A DNA stretch of 64,000 nt from Trueperaceae bacterium. GTDB lineage: Bacteria; Deinococcota; Deinococci; Deinococcales; Trueperaceae. Every line of letters begins with the position of its first letter. Within the stretch, counting starts at the first letter, position 1. Shown in pieces: positions 29,778 to 39,703 of this stretch. The position numbers and the translations under genes are program-made. Below the pieces are notes generated by a model. The model was not told the origin of the DNA. It did no database searches and saw only the letters and a program-made list of their open reading frames with translations. The DNA is taken from the NCBI GenBank assembly GCA_965213705.1, contig OZ243913.1, positions 1,600,001 through 1,664,000 of the forward strand, in the 5' to 3' direction.

Positions 29778-32003
29778 ATGGCGGTCGACACGGCCGGCTC
29801 GTCCGGCCCACGCTGGACGGTGCGCCCGCCGCCGCCGCCCGGCGTGGTGCGGGAGCTGGCTCGGGCCCTGTCGGTACCGCCGCTCTTAGCGAGCATCATG
29901 GCGGCGCGCGGCTTGACCGTGGGAGCGACTGCGTTTTTACAGCCCCCCTTAGAGCTCAGCCGAATTCCCAGTTTAGACGCGGCGGCGGAGCGTTTGGAAC
30001 ACGCCCTCCAAAACAAACGCCGCGTCCTCGTCCACGGCGACTACGACGCCGACGGCATCAGCGGCACGGCGGTCCTCACCTTGGGTCTGCGCGCCCTCGG
30101 CGGCGACGTGACGCCGTTTATCCCCGACCGCCTGCACGACGGTTACGGCGTTCACCCCGACCGGGTTGAGGAGCATATCGAGAGGGCCGACCTGTTCATC
30201 ACCGTGGACTGCGGCATCAGCAACCTCGAAGAACTGGCGCGCCTGCAAGCGGCGGGGGTCGAGACCATCGTCAGCGACCACCACCAGCCGGGGACGGAAC
30301 TGCCCGCCGGAATCGTCGTCCACCCGAAACTGTCGCCGCTGGCGAAACAAGGCTTGCCCGAACTCACCGGGGCGGGCGTGGCGTATCACCTGTTGTGGGC
30401 GCTCCACGAACGGCTGGGTCTCGAGCCGCCGGTCGACTACAGCGACCTTGCCACCCTCGGCACCATCGCCGACGTCGCGCCGCTTTTGGGTGAGAACCGG
30501 GCGCTCATCCAAGAGGGGTTGGCGCGGCTCGCTAATTCGCGTTGGCCGGGGGTTCGGGCGATGATTGCGCAGTCGCGGCTCAAAGGGCCGCCGAGCGCCC
30601 AAGACGTCGCTTTCGTGCTGGCCCCGCGCCTCAACGCCGCCGGGCGCTTAGGCGAGGCCGACGTCGGGCTGGAACTGCTCATGACCGCCTCGGAACGGCG
30701 CGCCCGAGAACTGGCCGTCTACTTAGACGCGCGCAACTTGGAACGGCGCAAAATCCAGGACGGCATGTTCCAAGAAGCCCTTCTCAAGTGCGACGACACA
30801 GCGCCCGCCCTGGTGCTCGACGACCCCGGCTGGCACCCCGGCGTCATGGGCATCGTGGCGAGCAAGTTGTTAGAGCGCTACTACAAACCCGTCTACATCA
30901 TCGCGCGGGGCAAGGGCTCGGTGCGCTCCGTCCCCGGCGTCTCGGCGGTGGCGGGTTTGCAGCACGCCGCGCCGCACCTGAAGCGCTTCGGCGGACACTC
31001 GCAGGCGGCGGGGTTCGCGCTGCAGGACCAGGACGTAGCCGCGTTTCGTTCGGCCATTTACGACTTCATGGCGCAACACCCCGCCCGCGAGCGCGTCGTG
31101 GCCGCGGACGCGCTCATCTCGAGCACGCAAGTCGACGACGACCTGTTCAGGGCGATGGCTACCCTAGAGCCCTACGGCGAGGGCCACCGCGCACCCCTGT
31201 TCGCCCTCACCGACCGCCTCGACGCGGCGCGGGCGGTCGGGCAGACGAAGACGACGCTGCAACTCCGCGTCGGCGGGCTCAAGGGCGTCGCCTGGCAGAA
31301 GGGCGAGCTGGCCGAGCAGCTACCCAGCGGCGCGGCGGTCAACACAGTTATCAGCCTGCAAGAAAACGAGTGGCAGGGCAAACGCAGTTTGGAGTTCGTC
31401 GCCGACGACGTGCGCGCGGCGCGCCCCCTGGGGTTCGCCGAGCCGGGGGCGACCGGCAAGTTTTTCAGGGGTCGACCCCGTGACGAGGCCGGCGCCAAAA
31501 AGGTGCACACCCTTCAAGACTTACGCAAAGACGCCCCCTGCTTGTGGCTGCACGCCCTGCCCCTCGAGCCCGACCCCCTGCGCGCAACTCGCGCCCTGCA
31601 CCGCTTGACTGGTGCCGAGGTCTACTTCGACTTGAGCGAAGCAGCCCTGCGCGATTTGGAGACCGCCGCGGCGCACTACCCGAGTCTTCACGACGTGCGC
31701 CGCGGCTTCGTCGCGCTCAAAAGGGGCGGCTGTTTGCCCTTTGAAGACGCGAAAGCCGACGTGGTCGCCGGAATCCTGCGCGAACTCGACCTCGTCGACG
31801 TGGCCGGCCGCGTCCTCCGCGCTCAAAAACGCGACCCCTACCAGTCGGAGACGTTGCTGGACGGGTTGCTCGAGCGCTACAAACTGCAAACCTTTCTAAA
31901 CGCCTATCGGCACCTGGACGACGCCGCTTTTGCCGCAACGGTCGGGATTTTGTTCAAAGACGAAAGCGTTGCGGAAGACGGCACTGGACAAGTGAGTTTG
32001 TGA
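29778..32003 (+). CDS. recJ: single-stranded-DNA exonuclease RecJ
   Basis: HGDYDADG, TVDCG, SDHH, PRLNAAGR and GGHSQAAG motifs; OB fold plus C-terminal extension. Confidence 0.96.
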   Translation: MAVDTAGSSGPRWTVRPPPPPGVVRELARALSVPPLLASIMAARGLTVGATAFLQPPLELSRIPSLDAAAERLEHALQNKRRVLVHGDYDADGISGTAVLTLGLRALGGDVTPFIPDRLHDGYGVHPDRVEEHIERADLFITVDCGISNLEELARLQAAGVETIVSDHHQPGTELPAGIVVHPKLSPLAKQGLPELTGAGVAYHLLWALHERLGLEPPVDYSDLATLGTIADVAPLLGENRALIQEGLARLANSRWPGVRAMIAQSRLKGPPSAQDVAFVLAPRLNAAGRLGEADVGLELLMTASERRARELAVYLDARNLERRKIQDGMFQEALLKCDDTAPALVLDDPGWHPGVMGIVASKLLERYYKPVYIIARGKGSVRSVPGVSAVAGLQHAAPHLKRFGGHSQAAGFALQDQDVAAFRSAIYDFMAQHPARERVVAADALISSTQVDDDLFRAMATLEPYGEGHRAPLFALTDRLDAARAVGQTKTTLQLRVGGLKGVAWQKGELAEQLPSGAAVNTVISLQENEWQGKRSLEFVADDVRAARPLGFAEPGATGKFFRGRPRDEAGAKKVHTLQDLRKDAPCLWLHALPLEPDPLRATRALHRLTGAEVYFDLSEAALRDLETAAAHYPSLHDVRRGFVALKRGGCLPFEDAKADVVAGILRELDLVDVAGRVLRAQKRDPYQSETLLDGLLERYKLQTFLNAYRHLDDAAFAATVGILFKDESVAEDGTGQVSL

Positions 32004-32171
32004 TGCCCTCGAGAGAGTGTTCATAAAGGCTGAGTAACGAGCCTGTGTCAAGCTTAGCGCATTTCGGTACGCACCGGCCTTTGCTTTGTTGCTACTCATT
32101 AAAAGAACTTTGGCGGACCTGACGAAAACATCAGAAGGAACGCCCAAGCGTCGCGCGGCAGGTCGAGCCTT

Positions 32172-32292
32172 ATACGGCTTCCGGTAATACGGTCAATAAA
32201 TTTAGCAAGAGTTTTTCGCTTCCTTATCGCTAGTCCGTATTTTTTTCGCTCTGCCCGCCTTTAATTCCGAGGGAATTAACCGGAAAGGGTAT
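32172..32292 (-). mobile_element. Deinococcus-type small repeat / MITE-like element, copy 2 (diverged, inverted)
   Basis: Ends ATACGGCTTCCGG ... CCGGAAAGGGTAT; hairpin TTAATTCC/GGAATTAA; ATACGGAC on the minus strand, as in copy 1. Confidence 0.6.
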
Positions 32293-34090
32293 TGTGCTCG
32301 GGTAAACCCGTGTTCGCAAAGCCTTTTGTTCGCTCCAGCAAGGCCGTAGCGTCCGCCGCGCTCAGCGGCTTGGCGTACAAGTAACCCTGGCCGTACTCGC
32401 AGCCGAGCGCGGCCAAGCGGGTCAGCTCTTCTTGGGTTTCGACGCCCTCGACGACCGCCTTCATCCCGAACGTCTGCGCCATCATGAGGATGGTTCGCAG
32501 CAGACCCTCGCCCTGGGGACTTTGCGTCAACTGCTGGGTAAACGAGCGGTCTATCTTGAGGGCGTCCGCCGGAAAGCGTTGCAGGTACGCCAACGACGAG
32601 TACCCCGTGCCGAAGTCGTCGAGGTACAACCCCACACCCAGAGCCTTCAACCCGGCGAGGGTCGCATTTACCGGCTCTGAAACGTTCAGCAGCGCGTTTT
32701 CGGTGATTTCCAGGTTCAGGTGCTCGGGGCCGAGCGAGGTCTGCGCCAAAACGGTCCCTATGTACGTCAAGAGGTCCGCGCGCCCGAACTGCTGGGCCGA
32801 CACGTTGACGTTGAGAAAAACGTTCGAACCCCGGCCGCGCCACTCGCTCAACTGGCGACACCCTTCGGCCAGCGCGTAACGGTCCAACTGGACGATGAGC
32901 GCCGTCTCTTCAGCCGTCGGGATAAAGTCGGCGGGCAACAGCAGGCCCCGCTCGGGGTGTTGCCAACGCAGCAACGCCTCGAAGCCGCGCAACGACTTGT
33001 CCCCGACCGAGAAAACGGGTTGGTAATACACCCGCAGTTCGCCGCGCGGCACGGCGGCGCGCAGCTCGTTCTCGAGCGTCAGGCGTCGCACCGCCCCGGT
33101 GCGCATCGCCGCGTCGAACACCCGGTGTTGTCCGGCGTGGTGCGCTTTGGCGCTGTACATCGCCAAGTCGGCGTCGCGCAACACCTCCTCGGGGTGTTGG
33201 TAACGCTCGTCGGACACCACGATGCCTACGCTGACCGTCACGTGCAGCTGGTGCCCGACGTGGTCGAACGGCTGAGAAAACGCGGTTTGCAGCCGCTCGA
33301 CGACTTCCTCGGCCTGCTCCAGGCCGCACTCCAACAAGATGGTGAACTCGTCCCCGCCGAAGCGGGCCAAGACGTCCGCTTCCCGGACGCACTCCCGCAA
33401 ACGCCCGGCGATGGCGACCAGCAACGCGTCCCCGACGTCGTGCCCAAGGCTGTCGTTGATGACCTTGAAGCGGTCGAAGTCCAAAAACAGCACCGCAAAC
33501 TCCACTTCGGGGTGACGCTTGAAACGCTCGACGGCCTTGCGCAGGTGGTCCATGAACAGGGGCCGGTTCGGCAAGCCGGTCAGGGCGTCGTGGAAGGCGT
33601 CGAAGTGCAGTTGCACGTTGAGCTTTTCCAACTCTTCGGTCCGCTCTCTGACCCGCCGCTCGAGGGTCGCGTTAAGCTCTTGCAGCGCTTTCTCCGCCGT
33701 TTTGCTGTCGGTAACGTCGTCGACCACGTAGCAAAAACGTACCCCGCCCGCGACCGGCCCGATGTAGTTGACCGTGACCCTGAGCCACCCTTTATCGCCG
33801 TGCCGATAGTCGAACAAAACGGGTTTGCGCGACGCGGCGCTGGCCCGGTAGGCTTTCAGCCACAGGGCGAGGTAGGGCTCCGGCACACCCATGTCACGCG
33901 CCGTCCTGCCTCGCATGGCTTGTGGGGTGGTGCCGAAAAAAGTAGCCGTCGCCTGGTTGTCCGAGACGTGCAAAATGTCACCGTCGACCAGCTCGACGGT
34001 GCCCATCATAACGGTAGAGGCGTCGTAGAAGCTGCGCAAAACGGTGTCTTTTTCGCGGAGGCTTTCTTGTCCGCGCGCCCTGTCGCTCAC
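32276..34090 (-). CDS. PAS-GGDEF-EAL protein
   Basis: PAS domain; READ I-site and GGDEF; EALLR, DDFGTGYSS, KIDRSF and EGVE all intact. Confidence 0.93.
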   Translation of the reverse strand: MSDRARGQESLREKDTVLRSFYDASTVMMGTVELVDGDILHVSDNQATATFFGTTPQAMRGRTARDMGVPEPYLALWLKAYRASAASRKPVLFDYRHGDKGWLRVTVNYIGPVAGGVRFCYVVDDVTDSKTAEKALQELNATLERRVRERTEELEKLNVQLHFDAFHDALTGLPNRPLFMDHLRKAVERFKRHPEVEFAVLFLDFDRFKVINDSLGHDVGDALLVAIAGRLRECVREADVLARFGGDEFTILLECGLEQAEEVVERLQTAFSQPFDHVGHQLHVTVSVGIVVSDERYQHPEEVLRDADLAMYSAKAHHAGQHRVFDAAMRTGAVRRLTLENELRAAVPRGELRVYYQPVFSVGDKSLRGFEALLRWQHPERGLLLPADFIPTAEETALIVQLDRYALAEGCRQLSEWRGRGSNVFLNVNVSAQQFGRADLLTYIGTVLAQTSLGPEHLNLEITENALLNVSEPVNATLAGLKALGVGLYLDDFGTGYSSLAYLQRFPADALKIDRSFTQQLTQSPQGEGLLRTILMMAQTFGMKAVVEGVETQEELTRLAALGCEYGQGYLYAKPLSAADATALLERTKGFANTGLPEHNTLSG

Positions 34091-34517
34091 GCCTTACCCG
34101 CAAAGTTCAAAACCAACGTACCCAAACCGTACCCCCCGGCGGGGTGCGTGCTAAAACGAGCGACAGGGCGGGCGGCGTCACGGAGCCACCCCAAAAGTTT
34201 CACGCCCGGCCAAAAAAGTCAATTGGTACAAAAGAGGTACGAAAAGGTGTGAAGACGAGACGACGTTGCACAAAACAACTCCCTCCTAATAGCATAAGCC
34301 AAAAAGTGAGGGACAACTTGGGTGACTACCCCAAAAGACTCGTACCAAGTACCTATAAGCACTCGCCGTCGCCTTCGACCTCCGCGTTTCGTCGGGACAA
34401 ACCTCAACTTGTGAACCCACTGACCTGTAAACTTACTGGCACGTGAACCTATGACGCGTGCTTGACCAAGTAAGCCGTTTTTCGCTGCTAGGCTGGTGAA
34501 AGCTGATTTGGAGGCTG

Positions 34518-34829
34518 TTGACTTATATGAATTTTACTTCCCAGAAAAATTCCGTGCAGACATCCGTCATAAGAATGTACACGACGACGTGGTGCGGCGA
34601 CTGCCAGGTCACCAAAAACGCGTTGAACCGTCTCGGTCTTTCGTTCGAAGAAGTGAACATCGAACAAGACGCGGCGGCTGCCGACTACGTGATGCAGGTC
34701 AACCACGGGCGGCGCAGCGTGCCGACCCTCGTCTATGACGGTGACGCCGCGAGTTTGTCGGGTTTTTCGCGCGCCAAGCTGGACGCCTTTTTGACCAAAC
34801 ACAAGCTGCTCGAGCCCGTCAACCGCTAA
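34518..34829 (+). CDS. glutaredoxin-like protein (NrdH/mycoredoxin type)
   Basis: YTTTWCGDC and RSVPT motifs; GGAGG upstream; start uncertain. Confidence 0.85.
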   Translation: MTYMNFTSQKNSVQTSVIRMYTTTWCGDCQVTKNALNRLGLSFEEVNIEQDAAAADYVMQVNHGRRSVPTLVYDGDAASLSGFSRAKLDAFLTKHKLLEPVNR

Positions 34830-34905
34830 GGTTTGTTGTCGGCGTCACGTAAACTTCGTACCCGCGCCAGCGCTCCGGCGCGGGTTCTCGTGTTAGCGTT
34901 CGGGT

Positions 34906-35655
34906 ATGAAACAGACCCCGACCGGGCCGACGGACAGCGCAGGGGACGACAACCCTTTTGCCCCCAGCAAGGCGGCCTACGTGCGCGACATGTTCGGGGC
35001 CATCGCGCCGCGTTACGACCTCCTCAACAAACTGCTCAGTTTCGGCGTCGACAAGGGTTGGCGCGAAGAGGCGGTGGCGGCCGCGCTGCAAAATCGGCCG
35101 GCGCGCGTCCTGGACGTGGCGACGGGCACCGCCGACCTAGCTATCGCCCTAAAACGCGCCGCGCCGCACACCGAAGTCGTCGGCGTGGACTTCGCCGAGC
35201 CGATGCTGGCGCTCGGGCGTCGCAAGGTCGCCGCGCGGGGTCTGGACGTCAGCCTCCTGCAGGGCGACGGGCAAAGTTTAGACTTCGCGGACGACGCTTT
35301 CGACAGCCTTACCGTCGCTTACGGGCTGCGCAACTTCGCCGACCGGGAGCGGGGCTTAGAAGAGTTTTACCGGGTGCTGAGGCCGGGCGGACGCCTCGTC
35401 GTGCTGGAATTTCCGCCACCGCCCGGGGGCGCGTTCGGCACGCTGTTCCGCTTTTACTTTTTGAAGCTCACGCCGTACTTGGCGGGCGCGGTTTCGGGCC
35501 GCCGCGACGCTTACGAATACTTGGGGAAGTCTGTGCTCGAGTTCCCGTCCCCCCAACAGCTGGCTGATATGATGCGAAGGGCCGGGTTCACAGAAGTGAG
35601 GTACACCTTACAAACCTTCGGCGTATCGGCGCTACACCAGGGAGTCAAACCTTGA
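34906..35655 (+). CDS. menG: demethylmenaquinone methyltransferase (UbiE/MenG)
   Basis: IAPRYDLLN, LDVATGTAD, YGLRN and RVLRPGG motifs. Confidence 0.92.
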   Translation: MKQTPTGPTDSAGDDNPFAPSKAAYVRDMFGAIAPRYDLLNKLLSFGVDKGWREEAVAAALQNRPARVLDVATGTADLAIALKRAAPHTEVVGVDFAEPMLALGRRKVAARGLDVSLLQGDGQSLDFADDAFDSLTVAYGLRNFADRERGLEEFYRVLRPGGRLVVLEFPPPPGGAFGTLFRFYFLKLTPYLAGAVSGRRDAYEYLGKSVLEFPSPQQLADMMRRAGFTEVRYTLQTFGVSALHQGVKP

Positions 35656-36398
35656 GTTACTTGAGTTTCGAAGTCAACACCGACAGCGAGTTTATAGATC
35701 CCGACTGGGAACTGTTTGCAGAACTGCACGACCGCCGTTATAGCTTGGCGATTTCCTACGTCAAGAGCGTCGTCGACGGGTCGGCGCTAGACAGGCCCCG
35801 TCCGGGCGGGGCACCTGCGGACGGTGCAGCGGATGTTCAAAAAGAGGGCCAACAAAAGAGTGACCCGGCTGAGACTGTACAGCTCGAGGCCGTACAGCAC
35901 GAGGCGGGGCCGACCCTTTTTCCCCAGACCCAGCCGAACAGTGTGGGCTCTTTCGACAACGCGGTGATGGACGTGCGGGTCGGCGAGGCTGGGTTTTACG
36001 TCCAGTCGAAAAACTTTCCGGCCGCGTTTTACGGCGACACGGGCGCAGCCACCCACAGTTTTGTAACCCCCACCGAAGCGCAAGAAGCGGTTTTCGACGC
36101 TGTGGCTTTGTACCGCGCCGGTGACGCCCGCTCACTCACCTGCGTGTACAGCGACAGCAACCCGGGCGACGTGTTTTTCGGTTACCGCACCGACGACGAA
36201 CGCTACGAACTGGGTTTTATGCGGCCGAGCCTGCCGCTCCACTTGCGGGTCATGGTCGACGCCGCCGAAGCGACCGAGTTGCTCGGCGACACCAAGGGCG
36301 TGCTCATTTACCAGCGCACGGTCGACGGCCGTCACCTGTTGGTGCGGGCACCGGGCCGCCGCCAGCCCTTTATGCTGCTCGACGGCTTCGACGACTGA
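35652..36398 (+). CDS. hypothetical protein, translationally coupled to menG
   Basis: TTGA start/stop overlap, host-like codon usage, no motif recognised. Confidence 0.7.
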   Translation: MSYLSFEVNTDSEFIDPDWELFAELHDRRYSLAISYVKSVVDGSALDRPRPGGAPADGAADVQKEGQQKSDPAETVQLEAVQHEAGPTLFPQTQPNSVGSFDNAVMDVRVGEAGFYVQSKNFPAAFYGDTGAATHSFVTPTEAQEAVFDAVALYRAGDARSLTCVYSDSNPGDVFFGYRTDDERYELGFMRPSLPLHLRVMVDAAEATELLGDTKGVLIYQRTVDGRHLLVRAPGRRQPFMLLDGFDD

Positions 36399-36412
36399 AG
36401 CCGGCCTGAAGC

Positions 36413-37168
36413 GTGGTTGAGACAGGTCCGGCCGCGCGCACCTTTCCGGGGCGTGACCACTGCTACGACGTGGTTTTGGTGGGTGCCGGGCTGACCGGCA
36501 CCGAGGCCGCGCTCGGTTGCGCCGCTGCCGGACTGGACACCCTGCTCGTCACGACGAGTTTGGACACCCTCTACACGCTTTTCGACAAAACCGCGCTCGA
36601 CGGCGCCATCCTGACCCAAGCCACCCTGCTGCACGACTTAAACGCCGAACTTGCCGCTCCTGACGGTCTCGTCGACCCTTGGGCGCTCCACCGCGGCGGC
36701 AAACACGCCCTCGAGCACACCCCCGGTGTCCACCTGCTGCAGTCGAGTGTGTCGTCCCTTCTCCTCGAGGCGGACAAGGTCGCGGGCGTGACGACCTGGG
36801 AAGGCGTGCCTCGACGGGGCAAACGCACCGCACTCTGCGTGGGCAGTTTTTTAGAAGCGCGTCTGCGAGTAGGCAGCCTCGTCGACGTGGCCGGACGTTT
36901 AAGTGAGATGGCTTACGACGACCTGGCCGAAGACCTGCAGGCGCACGGCTTTATCCTGGCAGCCGCGCGGCGCGAGGTCGGCGGCGCGCTGCCTTACTCG
37001 GTTTCGTTCAAGGTATTTGCCCCGCAAGAACGTGCGGGTTTTCGCTTGCACAGGCTCCGCGGTCTCTACGCCGCGGGTCTGTGCGCCGACCCCACCCTGA
37101 CCTACGAACAAAGCGCCGCCCAAGGCCGCGAGCTGGCGGCGGCGCTCGTTGCCGATTTGCGGTCGTGA
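36413..37168 (+). CDS. small GidA/MnmG-related FAD-dependent oxidoreductase
   Basis: VGAGLTGTEAA, VTTWEG, VGSFL and AGRLSE motifs; about 250 aa, lacking the MnmG insertion and C-terminal domains. Confidence 0.75.
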   Translation: MVETGPAARTFPGRDHCYDVVLVGAGLTGTEAALGCAAAGLDTLLVTTSLDTLYTLFDKTALDGAILTQATLLHDLNAELAAPDGLVDPWALHRGGKHALEHTPGVHLLQSSVSSLLLEADKVAGVTTWEGVPRRGKRTALCVGSFLEARLRVGSLVDVAGRLSEMAYDDLAEDLQAHGFILAAARREVGGALPYSVSFKVFAPQERAGFRLHRLRGLYAAGLCADPTLTYEQSAAQGRELAAALVADLRS

Positions 37169-37313
37169 GCTTCATGGCTGCACACCCTCGCCCTCTGTGA
37201 CGGCCGGGTCTCGAGGCGTCCCTGGCGTGAGCGATTCAGCTTGAAACCGGTGAGCAAGTCACTTTGTCGAATATGTTCGGCGGGTCACCGAAAGCCGTGT
37301 GCGACCTCGCTCG

Positions 37314-37383
37314 GTATTGAAATCACAGTATTGAAGACCCGGTGCTGGAAACCGGATGCTGAAGACCGAATGCTGGAAACGTC
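37314..37383. repeat. 14-bp degenerate tandem array, 5 units
   Basis: GTATTGAAATCACA GTATTGAAGACCCG GTGCTGGAAACCGG ATGCTGAAGACCGA ATGCTGGAAACGTC. Confidence 0.75.
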
Positions 37384-37438
37384 GGTCTTGTCAAGCATCG
37401 AGCGTTTGTAACTCCCAACAAACGAGCCTGGGGACGGT

Positions 37439-37639
37439 TCAGTACTGCGCCGTGTCGTCGTTGGACTCGGTGTAGCTGAGCATTTTTTCAAGGTCTTTGG
37501 GGCTGACCCAAACCATGCGCGCTCCCTGGGGCGTGGTGGCGAGCAGGCGGTAGCGAACGGGCTCATCCGCAGAAATGGCGGCAATCACGAAACGTTCGTC
37601 GTCGTACATGACTTCTTCGCCGATGGTAAAAGTAGGCAC
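37439..37639 (-). CDS. small hypothetical protein (possibly SH3-like beta barrel)
   Basis: F.IGEEV start, host-like codons, TACACT 7 nt before GTG. Confidence 0.65.
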   Translation of the reverse strand: MPTFTIGEEVMYDDERFVIAAISADEPVRYRLLATTPQGARMVWVSPKDLEKMLSYTESNDDTAQY

Positions 37640-37654
37640 GCTGCTCAGTGTACG

Positions 37655-38062
37655 CTAACGGGCCGGGTTACGTGGCCGGTCGCCCACGTAAGCGTCCACT
37701 TCGATTTCGACGAGCATCGCCGGGTCGATGAGGCCCTTGACCACAACGAGCGTCGAGGCCGGGCGAACGTCGCCAAACACCTCGCCGTGCGCTTTGCCCA
37801 CAGCTTCCCAGTCGGCGGCGTCGACGATAAAGATGCGCGTCCGCACGACCTGCGCAGGTGTCGCGCCCGCCTGCTCAAGCGCCCGGACTATGTTTTTCAA
37901 AACTTGCACGGTTTGCGCGTAAACGTCACCCGCGACGATTTTGCCCGCGGCGTTCGTCGCCGTGGTGCCGGAAACGTGGACGTACGGGCCGACCTTGACC
38001 GCCCTCGAGTACCCGACGTTCTTCTCCCAAACCGTCCCGGACGAGATGTTTTGCCTTGCCAT
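37655..38062 (-). CDS. Rid (YjgF/YER057c/UK114) family protein
   Basis: VGYSRAV, VSGT, RPAST (canonical RidA Arg appears replaced) and LVEIE motifs; GGAGG RBS. Confidence 0.88.
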   Translation of the reverse strand: MARQNISSGTVWEKNVGYSRAVKVGPYVHVSGTTATNAAGKIVAGDVYAQTVQVLKNIVRALEQAGATPAQVVRTRIFIVDAADWEAVGKAHGEVFGDVRPASTLVVVKGLIDPAMLVEIEVDAYVGDRPRNPAR

Positions 38063-38072
38063 GACCGCCTCC

Positions 38073-38444
38073 TCAAAGTTCGAACGTGTGGCCCGCCGCC
38101 CTGAGCGCCGCCACAGCCTCGGCCAGCCGCGCTTCTTTGACGAACAGGTAGTCCGTGTCGAACGTCGACACGACGAAAACGGGGACGCCCGCCGCTGCCA
38201 AGGGCGCGGCGAGCGCGCTGAGGACGCCGGTCTGGGTAAACTCGAGCGGCCCGGCAACCCGCAGCGCCCGCCAACCCCCTTCGGCGCGAACGCTCAGCGG
38301 AACGCAGCCCTCTTCACAGACGACGGACAGTTCGTCCCGAGTGCGCGTGACCGAGACGATTTCACCGCGTGCCCAGTCCGGCACAGCGGCCGTGGCGTCG
38401 AGGCGACAGACTGCAAAACCGCCGGGGAGAAGTGTAAGGCGCAC
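38073..38444 (-). CDS. ACT domain protein
   Basis: [20 protein letters not shown] and [11 protein letters not shown] motifs. Confidence 0.88.
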   Translation of the reverse strand: MRLTLLPGGFAVCRLDATAAVPDWARGEIVSVTRTRDELSVVCEEGCVPLSVRAEGGWRALRVAGPLEFTQTGVLSALAAPLAAAGVPVFVVSTFDTDYLFVKEARLAEAVAALRAAGHTFEL

Positions 38445-38488
38445 AGCTCAGTTTAAGCTCTCCCTTTGAAATCGGTATGATGACGCGC

Positions 38489-39559
38489 ATGACCGAACTT
38501 GAGCAAAAACTCGCCCGCGTCCGCCTGATGATGGCCGCCAACAACGTCTCGGCGGTTCACGTCGCCGCGTTGGGCAACCTTGCCTGGCTGCTCTGCGGCG
38601 CGGACCTCGCCGTGGCCCTGACCGGCGCGCCCGTCGCCGAAGCCGTGGTGACGCAGCGGGGCGTGAGCGTTCTCGCCTCCAGCGTCGAACGGGGCAGGCT
38701 CGAAACCGAGGAACTTCCCGGCGGCGTCAACCTCGTTTACACGCCCTGGTACGACCCCCAGGTCAAAGAAGCAACGCTGAAAGACCTGCTCGGTGAGGGC
38801 AAAATTCTGTCGGACACGCCCGGCCGCGGCTTTGAGACCAAAGATTTTTGGCCGCTCCGCGTGCCGCTGTTGCCGGAAGAAGTCGCTCGTTACCGGGAAC
38901 TGGGCGCGGACACGGCTCGAGCTTTTACCGACGTGCTGACGAGTCTCACGCCCGGCCTCAGCGAGCACGAGGTGGCGGGGCGTTTGGCCGAGGGGTTGCG
39001 GGCGCACGGCGCACAACCCGTCGTGCTCCTCGTCGCGGGAGACGACCGGCTCGAGCGCTACAAACACCCGCTCCCGCAGGCCGCCGTCGTCAACAACCGC
39101 TTGATGGCGGTGGCCTGCGCCCGTCGCCACGGGCTCATCGCGAGCGTCACGCGGTTGGTCAGTTTCGGCCCCGAGCCGAGCGAAAAGCGTTCGCAGTACA
39201 GCGCGTTGCTGGAGGTCGAGCGCGTCGTCCTCGAGCACACGCGCCACGGCCTACTGGTCACGGACGTGTTCGCGCAAGTTCAAGAGGCCTACGCAAAAGC
39301 CGGGCGGCCCCAGGCCTGGCAAGAACACCACCAGGGCGGCCCGACCGGCTACCTCACGCGGGACTTCGTCGCCACGCCCGCAGACGGGCACATGCTCGTC
39401 GAGGGCAGCGCCTACGCCTGGAACCCGTCGCTGCCGGGGCTGAAGGTAGAGGACACGGTGCTGCTGACGGGCGACACGCTTACCGTTTTAACAGAGGACG
39501 ACCGCTGGCCGTTGCGGGAGGTCGGTGGGCGGCGGCGGCCGGAGGTGTTGGAGCTGTAG
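38489..39559 (+). CDS. M24 (pita-bread fold) peptidase-like hydrolase with degenerate metal site
   Basis: HHQGG, AWNPS and KVEDT motifs; TATGAT 7 nt before ATG 38489. Confidence 0.8.
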   Translation: MTELEQKLARVRLMMAANNVSAVHVAALGNLAWLLCGADLAVALTGAPVAEAVVTQRGVSVLASSVERGRLETEELPGGVNLVYTPWYDPQVKEATLKDLLGEGKILSDTPGRGFETKDFWPLRVPLLPEEVARYRELGADTARAFTDVLTSLTPGLSEHEVAGRLAEGLRAHGAQPVVLLVAGDDRLERYKHPLPQAAVVNNRLMAVACARRHGLIASVTRLVSFGPEPSEKRSQYSALLEVERVVLEHTRHGLLVTDVFAQVQEAYAKAGRPQAWQEHHQGGPTGYLTRDFVATPADGHMLVEGSAYAWNPSLPGLKVEDTVLLTGDTLTVLTEDDRWPLREVGGRRRPEVLEL

Positions 39560-39703
39560 TCGAGGTGGCTCGGTATTAGAGCTTTGGCGATGAGCTTCTT
39601 GTGCGGCAGTCGACCCGTTCGCACGCAAAAGAAGTAGTATCTAGGTGTTGAAGGACGCCTTTTTTCGTATGGTCCCTAGTTACGTCGCTAGCGAGGTACG
39701 GCC

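Noticed and set aside
32720..34252. Long antisense ORFs (this one, 7350-8594, 52408-53952 and others)
   Set aside because: Expected stop-poor shadows of high-GC3 genes; no motifs found.
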